The notes under the pieces were generated by a model, which worked only from the letters and a program-made list of their open reading frames with translations, did not search any database and had not been told where the DNA came from. From Felis catus (taxonomy: Eukaryota): 64,000 nucleotides of DNA. This document shows positions 1 to 14,003 of this stretch, piece by piece. The first letter of the stretch is position 1. Each line of letters starts with the position of its first letter. Both the position numbers and the translations under genes were made by a program. The stretch covers positions 43,650,001 to 43,714,000 of the forward strand of contig NC_058368.1 of NCBI RefSeq assembly GCF_018350175.1. The letters are read 5' to 3'.

Positions 1-250
1 ACCACCTTTGAACACCTTTGTTAAGTAGGTTTTGTATTTATTATAAATACTTTTTTCCAAAAAGTTCTAATTAATAATGTTTTTGAATTTCCAGGCAAAA
101 CTTTTGTTTGTTATACTAGTGTTTTAATTATTTTAACATAGCTTCTAATACAACATGTGCCCAGTCTCCCTCTGAATCTCCTTTATTTCTTAATTTGTGA
201 ATTGACAGTTTTCAAGGGGACAATTTAACTCAAAAACCATACTTTAAAAT

Positions 251-458
251 TTTTTTAATGTTTATTATTTGAGAGAGAGAGACAGACAGAGAGCAAGCAG
301 GGGAGGGGCAAGAGAGGGGGAGACACAGAATCAGAAGCAGGCTCCAGGCTCTGAGCTGCCAGCACCTGAGCCTGATGCGGGGCTCGAACCCACAGACTGG
401 GAGATCATGACCTGAGCTGAAGTCAGCTGCTTAACCGACCGAGCCACCCAGGTGCCCC
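251..458 (-). mobile_element. CanSINE (SINEC_Fc-type)
   Basis: Reverse complement of GGGGCACCTGGGTGGCTC head, (CT)n tract and A-rich tail; degenerate TSD ctcaaaaa(c/t)catacttt. Confidence 0.95.
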
Positions 459-1699
459 TCAAAAATCATACTTTTAAAATATTCATATACATATGAATAT
501 TCATAACTTCCTTTATGTATCATTTCCTTACTTTTACCACATAATTTCATTTTGAAATATCACATTATGGCTTTGGGAAAATAAAATCTTTTGTTTAATT
601 TAGAGGCCATGCAAAAAGTAAGCTTATAATGGCTCCTTTCCCCTTTTTATTGAAATTGCTTGTTTTCTAATCAGATGTGATCTCAAGTATCAAGTATATC
701 TTTATGTATATTCTTATTTTAGTGAAATTGATGAAAAGAAATCTATTTATTGTTTGTTATTATTCATCCTACATTTTTTTAGGTTATGATACAAATACCT
801 TTGTATTAAAATTAAACTGATGTTGCCATAGAGGTATTTGGAAGTCATCAAATAATACATACCAAGCATTAGTACCAAATTTCTCTAGATACGAGAAAAG
901 AAGTGATGACTTGTAACACATATCATTTTGTGTGTGTGAATGTGTGTGTGTATGTGTGTCCATGCCCATGCCCTGACACCAATGGATATACTCTGCCAAA
1001 GTGTTTCCCTACCAGTTTTATTATGAGCTCAGTTCTCTACCCAAATCTAGCAGCAGAAAATTCTTCAGAAACAAAGGTGCCAGTGCAATGCTTTGAACTT
1101 TCGTTATTTTATTGAAAACTCTAAATCTCATTTTTTTCACTTGCCTGTCTAGATATCTAACAAAAAGTGAGAGTTTATAGCAGCAGAGAAGTGGCTGAGT
1201 AGGCAATGACAAGGGAGGTTAAAATAAATAGATTTCCCATACAAGATCTGGAGCTGTCAACACTGTCAGTCTGTACTCATGATAAGCACACCATTTTAAA
1301 CCTTTGGCAGCACTTTTCCCAGCCTTCTCAGACTTTGTTTAATCTCACAGTGCTTCATATAGCTCAGTCTGTCTGCAGCAGCATGCAACAAGTACAGTGA
1401 CTGTTTCTACCCTAAAAATATTGGAGATATTGCTGCCCTACTATCATAGAAATTCAAGTGATCCTGTACCCCAAGGGACCTCACATGAAGACTCCCTCAG
1501 GGTCCAATACTTATCCCCTTTGATGTTTAGTATAATGTTTAAAATGTGGAAATAATTTGTGCAATGTATGCTCTTCAGCTGCCAGTACATGTGACATTTT
1601 ATTTGTTTTAATTCTGCTTGTGACAGTAAATTCAATTTTGAGGATTCAGTCTTTTCAGCTTATCCTCTCTAGTTCTCAAAACCTAAAAATACAATATAT

Positions 1700-2110
1700 C
1701 TTTGTGTAAGTTTTCCCAGAAATAGACCTCAAGACAAGGGTTTGAGTGCAAGAATCTATTTGGAATGTTTACTAATCTCTGACAAAGAGTAAGAAAATAA
1801 GACCATCTAAAGGAAGGCAGCAAATAAAATCTGAGTTTGAAAGCCAGCTTTGGGAACTGTCTCCACAGGGAAACCATGGGAAATGGAAAAGAAAATGTTT
1901 CTTAGAGTTATCACACTTATAAAAGAGATAATTGGAGGATTTGTATATCATCTCCAGCAGGACATTGAATGAAGGCTGCTCTCAGTGCTCTGTAATTGCC
2001 TTCAGAGAAAACCTTCAGGCAAAAAGATGCAGATCCTGGGGGTGAGAAGTCCTTAGTGAATACTGAAAATGTAAGGCTTGAGCATGGCTGGGGTTTTAGC
2101 TGTATCTGGT
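1700..2110 (-). mobile_element. Old ERVL LTR fragment, LTR16-like
   Basis: cccagaaatagacctcaagacaagggtttgagtgcaag...agagttatcacac resembles the LTR16 family as recalled; highly diverged. Confidence 0.55.
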
Positions 2111-2627
2111 ATTCTTGATCTTCACATTTTAAAATCCCCACCCAATCATCTTTACCTTTTAAATATATAAACAATCCATCACCTTCAATACCTACACTGC
2201 TGCACCAAGTCTCCATCATTTATTAGTAGGATGAAATAACTTGTTTGGAATGGGTTCAAAAGTAAATTGGAGGGAAATAAAAATAAGGTAACCAGTGAGA
2301 CCACCCTTTCTTTAATTTTATAGTGAAGAAAAGCAGTGATTTAGAGTGGTGACTTCAGGAATTGAAAAAACCTGGTATATGTTTTACAAATGAGGAAAAT
2401 TACATCATATTGGTATAATAATGAGAATTATCTAATATGATGAGAAAATAATGATGCCAAAGAAAAAGAGATGATTTATTGAAGGCATAATTATAACACT
2501 GGTGGAAGATTTGGCTTTTGTTAGTTTGGATCATTAATACAGAATAGCATAAAAGAAGGCAGAATTTTTGATCACAGATTGAGGTAAATGAGTTGTGGTA
2601 ATTGACTGAGTGGTGGTAAAATGAAGT

Positions 2628-3370
2628 GTGGATCTTTTGGGATTCATCTTCTTAGGATTCTTCTGCTTCCTGGATTTGGAAGTCTGTTTCTTTCCCAGGT
2701 TAGGGGCATTTTCAACCACTATTTCTTCAGTTACGTTTTCTGCTCCTTTCTCTCTGTCTTCTCCTGAGACCCCTATAATACAAATATTATCCTGCTTAAT
2801 GTTGTCTTATATAGGTCCTTTTTTTTTCTTTTTACTTCTCTGTTTTTGTGAGTTCCACTGCCTTGTTTTCAAAATCATCAATCCTTTCTTCTGTTTCATC
2901 TGGTCTGCTGTTGAACTTCTGTAGTGTCTGTTTTAGTTCAATTAGTGTGTTCTTCAGCTGTATGATGTCTTTTTCTTTTTGGCACTTTCTTATGTTTTCT
3001 ATCTATTTGTTGAAGTTCTCACCCTTTTTCGTTTTCAAGTGAGATGCTTTAGGGGCTCATCTCTCTGTTGCAGGTGCCAGGGGTTAGGATGCTGATATGT
3101 GCACAATCCCCTCACTCCTTATAGAGAACCTCTGGATTTGTGAGACCTCATCCAATTGTAGGTTGCTGTGCCAAGGGTGGGATTTTTGGTGAGACTGAGT
3201 CTTTGCTTCTCTTACCCATCTCAGTGTGGCTCCTTTATTGTTTATTATGTAGGAGCTGTTCAACTAGTTTCTGGGTCTTTTTGAGAGACTTTTTTTTTTA
3301 TATAAGTAGCTTTAGATTTGATGTGTCTGTGGGTGGAGAGAATTCAGTTTCTCTTCATACCACCATCTTG
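2628..3370 (-). mobile_element. Old L1 5' part (5' UTR end plus ORF1 fragment)
   Basis: 2628-3020 resembles the ORF1 region of the L1 at 51050-51230 in antisense; ends in ccaccatcttg (CAAGATGG L1 start motif). Confidence 0.75.
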
Positions 3371-3487
3371 CACCACCACCCAAAAGATTGTATTTCTCTA
3401 ATGTTAACACTGCCGTAGTTCTTTTATAACACTTAAAACCAGCCCCACATTCTAGTTTCTCTGATTGTTTAAAAAAATTCTCCCTGC

Positions 3488-3701
3488 GGGGCGCCTGGGT
3501 GGCTCAGTCGGTTGAGCGTCCAACTTCAGCTCAGGTCACGATCTCACGGTTAGTGAGTTCGAGCCCCGCGTCAGGCTCTGGGCTGATGGCTCAGAGCCTG
3601 GAGCCTGCTTCCGATTCTTTGTCTCCCTCTCTCTCTGCCCCTCCTCCATTCATGCTCTGTCTCTCCCTGTCTCAAAAATAAATAAACATTAAAAAAAATT
3701 A
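3488..3701 (+). mobile_element. CanSINE (SINEC_Fc-type)
   Basis: Full head, B-box, (CT)n, AATAAA and A tail; TSD aaaaaaattctccctg at 3471-3486 and 3702-3717. Confidence 0.97.
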
Positions 3702-3723
3702 AAAAAAATTCTCCCTGTACTCC

Positions 3724-3918
3724 TTTTATTATTTTTGAGAGACAGAGACAGAGTGCGAGCAGAGACAGGGGCAGAGAGAGAGGGAGACCCAGAATCTGAA
3801 ACAGGCTCCAGGCTCTGAGCTGTCAGCACAGAGCTCCATGCAGGACTCTAACTCACAAACTGAGATCATGACCTGAGCTGAAGTCAGGTGCTCAACTGGC
3901 TGAGCCACCCAGGCTCCC
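3724..3918 (-). mobile_element. CanSINE
   Basis: Full-length antisense copy, tail-to-tail with the previous SINE. Confidence 0.95.
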
Positions 3919-4639
3919 TGTCCTGGCATTCTTGTTTTGTTCTAATCAGAATATAAATGATGTCCTTGCATTTCACTTGGTAATATGTTAATTGAGTCAC
4001 TTTTATTTAAAAGAATAAAACTCTCTGGGCCTGTTTAGTGGACGGAACTAAGAAATACTACTTATTGTTTATGTCTAAGTGATTTCTTCCTTAATATTAC
4101 ACAGTTTTCACTTAACTGTAATTTATATCTGTGTCTATTATACTTACATTATACGTTTTGGTTCCTTAAAAATATTGACACAATTGCTTATTTGTTTCAT
4201 CTTAAAAAACAATGACAGTGACTTTGAAATAACAATACCAATTGTACAGCTAGACAATTACATAAAGTTTAAGATATCTTTGTGATTCCTTTTGTCTTTA
4301 GAATAAATCTCATTAGAAACATTGAATTAGAAAGTTGGTCTTAAAGTCACTTGAAAAATACCTTTTTCTGCATGGTCATGCCACAAATTGATACAAAATT
4401 AGGATAATTTGTTTCAGTTTGATTTCACATAGGGGGTACTGAATATTCTCTTCATAGTTATAATTGTGTGTTTTTTCCGTGACAGATAGCACCTACATAA
4501 TACCAACTTTAAAAATTACATAAAAGAAATCTCATTTCCACCACTAGTTCCTCTAATACGTACTCTCTTTCTGCCCGTAAGCAGCAGCTTTATTTGCAGT
4601 TACTTTTTCCTCTTATACTTTCTTTATTTTTTATTATTT

Positions 4640-4733
4640 TTACTTTTTTAATGTTTTTAATTTATTTTTGAGACAGAGAGAGACAGAGCATGAGCAGGGG
4701 AGGGGCAGAGAGAGAGGGAGACACAGAATCCAA
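4640..4733 (-). mobile_element. 5'-truncated CanSINE
   Basis: Only tail and (GA)n part, ending at gacacagaatcc. Confidence 0.85.
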
Positions 4734-5479
4734 ATACTCTCCATTTTATTGTAGTTTTGCCCTCCCAGAAACAAAGTATGCTGTTTATAGACTCATTAAC
4801 AGAGTATGTTGACCAACTTTTAAATTTTTTTGTCATTTGGGTGTGTAAGAAATTATATGTCAGTGCAATTTTAATTTGTATTTTTAAAAAATATTTTAAT
4901 GACTACTGCATTTTATTATCGGGGATTTATCTGTTCCAACCCTTTGTTAGCTTTTCTGTTACATTGTTGATCTTATTTTTCTTCATTTTTGGTTGACCTA
5001 TTAGATTGTGATGTAAGTTGATACCAGTCTGCAATTTATTTTTCACTTAGCTTATGATAGTTTTCTTCATGCTGTTTTTCCCCTGTAGTGAAATTTATTA
5101 AGGTACTTTTCTAATTACATCTGGGTTTTGTGTTAGAGTTTTAGAACTTTTCTTCAGTATCCAACTACAAATGAATTTAAACATGCTTTCACTATTACTT
5201 ACATTTAAAATTTTCATATTTCAATTGGAATTTTTAATTGTTTAGAGTGTGCAGAACAGATTCAGTTTTATCATTTCAAGAGTATATATAGATATCAAAT
5301 TATCTCAATACCAATTTATAAAAGGCTTTTTCACACTTATTTAATATGCTACCTTTGTGTTTGCTATGTTTCCATAGTTACTCCATAATGATTCTGGAAT
5401 TTCTTTTTTTACATTGATCTTTCCACCTATTTCTATACCACAATGTTGTTCTGATTATAGAGGTTTTACAAATTTTTGA

Positions 5480-5671
5480 GTTTTTTTCTTTTTCTTTTTT
5501 TTCTTTTTTTTAGAGAGAGAGAATGAGTGTGGGAGAGGGGCAGAGGGAAGGAGATAGAATCCATGCTCAGCATGGAGCCTTGCAGAGGGCTCGATCCCAT
5601 GACTGGAAGACCATGACCTGAGCCAAAAGCAAGAGCCTGATGCTCACCCGATTGAGCCACCCAGGCACTCC
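5480..5671 (-). mobile_element. CanSINE (older subfamily)
   Basis: gggctcgatcccatgac...gagccacccaggcactcc. Confidence 0.9.
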
Positions 5672-5689
5672 TATGAATTTTGTTTTTAG

Positions 5690-5936
5690 TTTATTTCTTT
5701 ATTTTCAGAGAGAGAGAGAGAGAGAGAGTGTGTGTGTGTGTGTGTGTGTCTGTCTGTCTGTAGGTGCGCATGAGCAGGAGAGGGGCAGAGAGAGAAGTAG
5801 GGAATGAATCCAAAGCAGGCCCCACTCTGTCAGCATAGAGCCCCATGTGGGCTCTATCTTGCAAATGGTGAGATCGTGACCTGAGCCGAGATCAAGAGAC
5901 AGACACTTAATTGACTGAGCCACCCAGGTACCCCCC
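5690..5936 (-). mobile_element. CanSINE (older subfamily) with (GA)n(GT)n microsatellite
   Basis: gagatcaagagacagacacttaattgactgagccacccaggtaccc; compound repeat at 5707-5760. Confidence 0.92.
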
Positions 5937-6806
5937 TTATAAAATGTTTTAATAACTGACTGGTAATACTAATTCCAGAATATTTTTTATAGCTACTTAT
6001 TATTTGTATTCTTGTACAGACTTTATATTTTTATTGTCTAGATCTATAGGTAAAAATGTCACTTTTATTAGCATAATGGTACATGTATTAAATTAGAGCA
6101 AAACTAAGTATCAATGTGTCCTAGAGTATCAAAAATATAGCTTTTCTCTCCATTTTTTAATGTCTTTTTTGGTAAATTTCTGACTGGTTTATATTATTTT
6201 TCATATAGTTTTTGCATAAGTTATAATAGGTTTATGACAAGATATTTTACTTTATTCTATATACATCTGGCCTCATCTTATTGTATATCTAGCTTGTTTT
6301 AGATTTTATTATATATATGCTTAGATAAAATCTGTACATTTATATATACATCTATATATTTATATGTTTATTGTCTATTATATATATATAAATCAATATG
6401 CAGCTGTTTTTGTGTTTTAGTTTTACATGCCCCTATTTAATGAGTTACTTGATTTTGTGAAATTAGTTTTCAATTATCTCCTTCAGGATTTTCAGATATA
6501 TAGACATATATGAAAATAGAGACAGATTTACCACTGTTTTTCTAATTTTTAACCCTATAGTTTTTTACTCGTGTCTAATTATTTTGACAAGTGACACCAA
6601 TATTTGCTAAATAATGAGATTATTGGCATTCAAGATTTGTTCCTGATTTTATCAAATTAAATATGACACTGAATTTTGAGTGTCAATAACTTTTGTGTTT
6701 ATCACTTTTCACTTCTGTCTGTCATCTATTGTCTTTCTATCTAATCATTATGATACAGAAGTACATACCTCATTTCTAGATGTTTTTATCAGAAATACTT
6801 GTTCTC

Positions 6807-7024
6807 GGGGCACCTGGGTGGCTCAGTCGGTTAAGTGTCTGACTTCAGCTCAGGTCATGATCTCACAGTTTGTGAGTTCAAGCCCCACATCGGGCTGTGT
6901 GCTGACAGCTCAGAGCCTGGAACCTGCTTCGGATTATGTTTCTCCCTCTCTCTCCCCTCCTCCCCTGCTCACGCTGTGTCTCTCTCTCAAAAATAAATTA
7001 AGATTAAAAAAACATTAAAAAAAA
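6807..7024 (+). mobile_element. CanSINE
   Basis: Full length; perfect 16-bp TSD agaaatacttgttctc at 6791-6806 and 7025-7040. Confidence 0.97.
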
Positions 7025-7342
7025 AGAAATACTTGTTCTCATTATACATTTCCTTTTAGGCATCGAAGGGGATAATCCAGATTTTTTTCTTTAGATTTCT
7101 ATTATGTATGATGAATTGTATTAATAGTTACTATCTATTGAAACTTTCTTACATTCCTTTAGTAAATTTCCTCTAGCAGAGTTAGAAATTCTTCTAGAAT
7201 TGAACTGAACTTACTTTCTCTTTCAGTTCTTTTGATTTTCTGTCCTAAGAATTAAAACTATTTTGTGCACTTCAAATAACCACTACTCAGAATACTGTAA
7301 AATATATAATAGGTACTCATTAAGTTAGTTTTCTCTTTCTTG

Positions 7343-7555
7343 TTTTTTTTTTTTTTAATGTTTATTTATTTTTGAGACAGAGACAGAGCGTGAACAGGGC
7401 AGGGGCAGAGAGAGAGGGAGACACAGAATCTGAAACAGGCTCCAGTCTCTGAGCTGTCAGCACAGAGCCCGATGCGGGGCTCGAACTCACTGACTGTGAG
7501 ATCATGACCTGAGCCGAAGTCGGATGCTTAACTGACCAAGCCACCCAAGCGCCCC
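7343..7555 (-). mobile_element. CanSINE
   Basis: Full length; TSD ctctttcttg. Confidence 0.96.
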
Positions 7556-9169
7556 TCTTTCTTGATTTCATAAGTAATACTTGTCAGCTCTTCAATGCTA
7601 GCTTTAGTTCAAAGGATATTAATTATTATTGCTGAAAACTTACTATTACCGAAATATTATTTTTAATTATTATTGAAAATTATTATTACTGAAATATTAT
7701 TATTAAACTTATTTCATTTAAAATAAAGCAAACCAGTTAGTTTAAAATTACAAACTTGGTTGGGCAATACATTTCATAAAATAATGGTTGAATTAATACA
7801 AAAAAATTTAAAGTCTTTTCTTGAGGCTAATCTCTTCAGTTTTTTCAGCCTATTTCTTACCTACCACTAATGCTGTAGTCTGGAACTCAGATGTGATTTA
7901 GTTTTTCCCTCCTTGCATATCCAGCATTTCTGTCTCTCATTCTTTTCTTACACAAGTTTGTAAATTGTAAGCATTCTTCTTCACAAGCTTGCTTACTTAT
8001 TTGTGTAAGAATGAATGGTACATTTTTATCAAATGTCTTAATACTTTTGGCAAGAAAATTATGTTGTTTGGTTTTTTTTTTGATACATTAATGGTATTGT
8101 TTTTATTTCAAACTTTTCAAATATTAAATATATTTTAAGCTTGATGTGGTTCTGGATCAGGCATAAGAACTGGTTTATGGTGAATTTCTTTATGTCCCAT
8201 TGAATTACACTTGTTAGCATTTTATTCACATTTAATATCAATATTTATAAATAATATAAATCTACTCCTTTTTACTTCTATTTTTTACATTATTTTCATA
8301 TGTAAGTAATATTTTTTGCTTCTACTTTCAAGTTATTTTCATGGAATTAAAATATATTTGATTCTAGATAATTTGAGGGATTTCAATAATAGCAGTAAAA
8401 ACATTTAGAAACTTCTAATAGTTAGACAGTGATAAATATTATTTTTGTTTGCTTTTTTTTAATATTTATACATTTAGCTTTCATCATGTGCATGTATACA
8501 ATTATACTTCAAGGCAGGCAGTAGAATGATAAATTCTGTAGGAAAGGTTTTGGATAGAAATTGACTGAGTACAAGGCTACTTAACATCTAGGGAAAGAAT
8601 CTCAGAAGTTGTGCTGTTTGATCAACAATCTGAATGATAAAAGTTGGAATGGTTGAGAAACAGAAATTTAATCAATGTAACTGGAGCTATGAAAGAGAAA
8701 GACTATGGAAAATATATATTCAGATCAGACCATGGAGGGTCTAAATGCTGCAGTGAGGGGTTTACATTTTTCCTCCCTAAACCTAATACTAACCTCTTAC
8801 CATATCTGAAATCTCAACTGTAATTTGGACCCCATTTATTTTGGTACAGTAAACATTAAAATTCTTTATTTAATAAGGTCAACATGAACATGACTCTTTG
8901 GACACTTAAATGTATTTTGTGGCATTCTGTTTTCAAGTGAAAACTAAATAAATCAGGCACTACATTTTGAAATTTTCACAAGGAGATTATTACCTTGCTC
9001 TCCGGCTTCATCTTTACATTTTAACCATGCCTTATTTGCTGGTGCTTCATTCCTATACCCCAACACACCTTGTACTTCCTTTGATACAATTTGTTGATCA
9101 GCAAAGGCTGTACCTTCATGATTTCTTTCCAAACATTTAGGGTTTTTTAGAGGGCTTAAAAACATTGTC

Positions 9170-10712
9170 AGTAACCTTTAACAAGAGTCCCAAGATAAAC
9201 AAAAGGAAAAGGATATTCTCTCTTCAGCAAATGGTGTTGGTAAAACTGGGTATCAACATGTTAAAGAGTGAAATTGGACCCTTATCTTACACCACATGCA
9301 TAATCAACCCAGTATGGATTAAAATGGATTAAAGACTTAAACATAAGACTTGAAACTGTAAAACTAGAGGAAAGTATAGGGAAGAGCTTCTTTGCCTTGG
9401 CCTTAGCAATGATTTATTGAGTATGGCACCAGACTTACGCAACAAAAGCAAAGTTAGATAAGTGGAACTCAGCCAAACTAAAAAGCTTCTGCACAAGAAG
9501 GGAAGATCAACAGAATGGAAAGACAACCTACAAAATGGGAGAAGATATTTGCAAACCATATATCTGATTAGGGGTTAATATCCAAATATGTAATAAACTT
9601 CTACAACCCAATAGCAAAAAAAAAAAAAATCCAATTAAAAAAGGGGCAAAATGCTTGAATAGGCATTTCTCCAAAGAGGATATTTAAATGGCCAGAGGTA
9701 TATGAAAAGATTTCCAACACTGATAACCATCAGGTAAATGCAAATCAAAACCACAGTGACATATGACCTCACATCTGTTAGGATAGCTATTATCAAGAAG
9801 AAGAAGGAAGAGATGGGTGGAGAAGGAGGAGGTGGAGGAGGATGAAGAGAAAGAGAAAATAAGTGTTGACAAGGATGTGGAGAAATTGGACTCTTGTACA
9901 CTGTTGATGGGAATGTAGAAGATTCAGCTGCTATGAAAAAGTATAGAGGTTACTCAAAAAATTAAAAGTGAAGCTACCATATTATCCAGCAATCCTACTT
10001 TTGGGTATATACAAAATAATTGAAATCAGGATCTTGAAGAGATATTTGCACTCTCATGTTTATAGCAGCATTATTCACAGTAGCCCAAGACATTGAAAAC
10101 AACTAAATGCCCATCCACAAATGAATGGATAAAGAAAATCTGGTATATACATACAATGGAATATTATTCAGACTTACAAAAAAAGGAAATCCTGTTATAT
10201 GCAACAGCATGGATGAACCTAGAAGGCCTATGCTAAGTGAATTGAGTTGTCATAAAAGACAGGTACTGCATGATTCCACTTATATAAGGTAGCTGAAAGA
10301 ATCAAAATTATGGAAGCAGTCAGTAGAATGTTGGTTGCCAGGAACTGGGGAGAATTAGAAATGGGGAGTTGTTGTTCCACAGTTATAAAGTTTTAGCTAT
10401 ACATGATGATTAAGTTCTAGAGACCTCCTGTAGAACAATGTGTATACCATTAACATAATTAAAATTTAGTATTGTACACACAGAAATTTGTTCAGAGGAA
10501 CAATCTCCTGTAAAGTGTTCTTATCACAAAAAAAAAAAAAAATGACAGGGCCAGAGGAAATTTTTGAAGGTGATGGATATGCTTACTACCTTGATTGTGG
10601 TGATGGTTTCACTAGTGTATGCATGTCTCCAAACTCATCAAATTGTATACATTAAATATGTCCAGTTTTTGTATATTAATTATACCTCAAAAGAGCTATT
10701 TAAAAACAAAAC
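9170..10712 (+). mobile_element. L1 3' portion (L1MA9/L1MB-like): ORF2 C-terminus plus 3' UTR
   Basis: L1 phrases aaatggtgttggtaaaactgg and atttgcaaaccatatatctgat; 3' end tatacctcaaaagagct plus A-rich tail; purine repeat at 9797-9858. Confidence 0.9.
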
Positions 10713-10716
10713 AGTA

Positions 10717-13010
10717 ATTTGACAAAATACAGCATCTTTCTTGATAAAAACCCTCAAGAAAAGAGGGATAGAAGGAACATACCTCAATATCATAAAGGCC
10801 ATATATGAAAGATCCACAGCTAATATCATCCTACATGGGGAAAAACTGAAAACTTTCCCCCTAGGGTGAGGAACATGACAGGGATGTCCACTCTCACCAC
10901 TGTTACTCAACATAGTGTTGGAAGTCCTGTCCTTAGCAATCAGGCAACAAACAGAAATAAAAGGCATCCAAATCAGCAAGGAGGAAGTCAGATTTTCACT
11001 CTTCATAAACATCATACTCTACATGGAAAACCCAAAATATTCCACCAAAAAACTGCTAGAACTGATCCATGAATTCAGCAAAGTCACAGGATATAAAATC
11101 AATGTACAGAAATGGGTTGTATTTCTATACACCAATAATGAAGCAGCAGAAAGAGAAATCAAGGAATCAATCCCATTTACAATTGCACCAAAACCCATAA
11201 AATACCTAGGAATAAACCTAATGAAGAGGTAAATGATCTATACACTGAAAACTATAGAAAGATTATGAGAGAAATTGAAGAGGACACAAATAAATGGAAA
11301 AGCATTCCATGCTCATGGATTGGAAAAACAAATATTTTTAAAAATATAGACAAATATTGTCGATACTACCCAAAGCCATCTACATGTTCAATGCAACCCC
11401 TATGAAAATAACACCAGCATTCTTCATAGAGCTAGAACAAACAATTCTAATGTTTCTATGGAACCACAAAAGACCCCGAATAGCCAAAGTAATGTTGAAA
11501 ACCAAAGCTGGAGGCATCAAGCTGTATTACAAAGCTGTAATCATCAAGACAGTATGGTATTGGTACACAAACAGACACATAGACCAATGGAGCAGAATAG
11601 AGAACCCAGAAAGGGACTCACAGACATATGGCCAACTAATCTTTGACAAAGCATGAAAGAATATCCACTGGAATAAAGACTGTCTCTTCAGGAAGTGGTG
11701 TTGAGAAAACTGGATGGTGACATGCAGAAGAATGAACTGGGACCACTTTCTTACACCATACACAAAATAAACTCAAAATGGATGAAAGACCTAAATGTAA
11801 GACAGGAAGTCATCAAAATCTTAGAGGAGAAACCAGACAACAATCTCTTTGACCTCGGCTGCTGCAACTTCTTACTTGACATGTCTGTGGGGGCAAGAGA
11901 AACAAAAGCAAAAATAAACTATTGGGAATTCATCAAGATAAAAAGATTCTTCTGCACAGTGAAGGAAACAATCAGCAAAACTAAAAGGCAACTGATGGAA
12001 TGGGAGAAGATATTTGCAAATGACATGTCAGATAAAGGGTTAGTATCCAAAATCTATAAAGAACATATCACACTAATGCCTAAAAAACAAATAATCCAGT
12101 GAAGAAATGGGCAAAAGACATAAAAAGACAATTTTCAAAAGAGGACACCCAGATGGCTAATAGGCTTATGAAAAGATGCTCAACATTACTCATCATCAGG
12201 GAGGTACAAATCAAAAGAACAATGAGATACCACCTCACACCTTTTCAGAATGGCTAAAATTAACACTCGGGAAACAATAGATGTTGGCATGCATGCAGAG
12301 AAAGAGGAATCCTTTTGCACTGCTAGTGGGAATGCAAACTGGTGCAGCCACTTTGGAAAATAGTATGGAGGTTCCTCAAAACATTAAACATAGAATTACC
12401 TTAGAATGTAACAATTGTACTACTAGGTATTTATGCAAAGGATACAAAAATGCTGATTCCAAGGGCACATGCACCCCAATGTTTTAGCTGCTCTATCTAT
12501 AATAGCCAAACTATGGAAAGAGCCCAAATGTCCATTGACCAATGAGTAAAGAAGAAGTGGTATACATATACAATGGAATATTACTTGGTGTTCAAAAAAG
12601 AATGGAATCTTGCCATTTGCAACAACGTGAATGGAATTAGAGTGTGTTATTCTAAGTGAAGTAAGTCAGTCAGAGAATGACAAATATATTATTTCATTCA
12701 TATGCAGAATTTAAGAAATAAAACAGAGAGGGGAAGGGAAGAAATTAGATAAAAACAGAGAGGGAGACAAACCAGAAGAGACTCTTAAATACAGAGAACA
12801 AATTGAGGGTTGCTGGACAGGCATGGTTGGGGGCCTGAGTAAAATGGGTGACAGGCATTGAGGAGGGTACTTGTTGGCATGAGCACTAGGTGTTATATGT
12901 AAGTGATGAAATGTAAATCACCAAATTCCATTCCTGAAATCATTATTACAATATATGTTAACTTAGATTTAAATTTTAAAAATAATTAAAAATAAATAAA
13001 ATAAAACTAC
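10717..13010 (+). mobile_element. 5'-truncated carnivore L1, disabled ORF2 (RT to C-terminus) plus 3' UTR
   Basis: ORFs 10915-11232, 11357-11656 and 11695-12102 translate to ORF2 motifs ([37 protein letters not shown]); FADD motif degenerate; frameshifts; A tail; abuts the tail of the previous L1. Confidence 0.96.
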
Positions 13011-13175
13011 ATAAAAAACAAAGCAAAACAAAAATTGGCCAAATGGATAAAAGTAAGTAATTTATGAACATCCATTATTACTTCTGTGGTAAACTTTAGG
13101 TCTAGTAACCTCTCAATATAAAGAACAGTGATTTTCCAAGTGAATTTATTGAGTACAAAACCATGTATTGGAGAT

Positions 13176-13176
<1 letters not shown>

Positions 13177-13221
<45 letters not shown>

Positions 13222-13240
13222 ATCTATCTATCTACCTATC

Positions 13241-13286
<46 letters not shown>

Positions 13287-13330
13287 ATCTATCTCTACCT
13301 ACTACCTACCTGCCTACGTACCTATCTATC

Positions 13331-13372
<42 letters not shown>

Positions 13373-13407
13373 ATCTATCTCTACCTACTACCTACCTGCC
13401 TACGTAC

Positions 13408-13452
<45 letters not shown>

Positions 13453-13510
13453 ATCTATCTATCTATCATCTATGTATCATCTACCTACCTGTCTACCTAT
13501 CTTTCTATCT
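13177..13510. repeat. Compound (TATC)n/(TACC)n microsatellite
   Basis: Direct reading; source of three spurious SIYL ORFs. Confidence 0.98.
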
Positions 13511-14003
13511 TTATGTATTTATACAAATAAAAGGATCTCTGCATTTCAGCAAAATGTACCGCTAGGTTCGGGGAACTCAATGTAATTCAAAAAGATAGAA
13601 CCATGTTGCAGCATGCAGCTTCATCCCTCTTTGTCACTCTGTGTCTCTTGCAGATCACGTTTTGTTCATGTTCAAGATTAACTACTTACTTGATGTGCCA
13701 TGCCTGATGGCAGGTTTAAGTCTTTCTTCTACCTGTTTTGTTTTGTTTTGTTTTGTTTTCTTGCTATGTGTCATCATCTGACAAACTCCTAATCAATCAT
13801 TAGAAATAGTTCAAATGTAGCATTCAGAGGGAATCTTTCCCACGTTATACATAGATATGGTCTTTCCTTCCTTTGCCTATCTATTGTTTACATAAGTATT
13901 ATAACTCTTTGTCCTTTTACCTCTTTTTTATGAATGTGAACCCCTCAAGGACTGAAATGACACTAACTTCATTTTTATTTACCTTTTTATAAATGACAAC
14001 AGA

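Larger units (their letters stand above)
4760..6660 (-). mobile_element. Very old L1 (L1ME-like) ORF2/3' relic, interrupted by SINEs
   Basis: T-rich L1-like phrases such as ttatctcaataccaatttat, acattgatct, ttttcagatata and tttgttcctgatttt. Confidence 0.5.

Noticed and set aside
3488..3570. tRNA-like A and B boxes
   Set aside because: tRNA-derived SINE heads, not tRNA genes
7620..7710. Repeated attattactgaaa-like units
   Set aside because: Low-complexity AT-rich degenerate repeat; no repeat-spacer organisation
10915..12102. Reverse-transcriptase-like ORFs as an active or domesticated gene
   Set aside because: Frameshifted, 5'-truncated L1 ORF2 with a degenerate catalytic motif
13128..13585. 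Three overlapping ORFs of 120-145 aa
   Set aside because: Translations of the (TATC)n microsatellite, which has no stop codons on this strand
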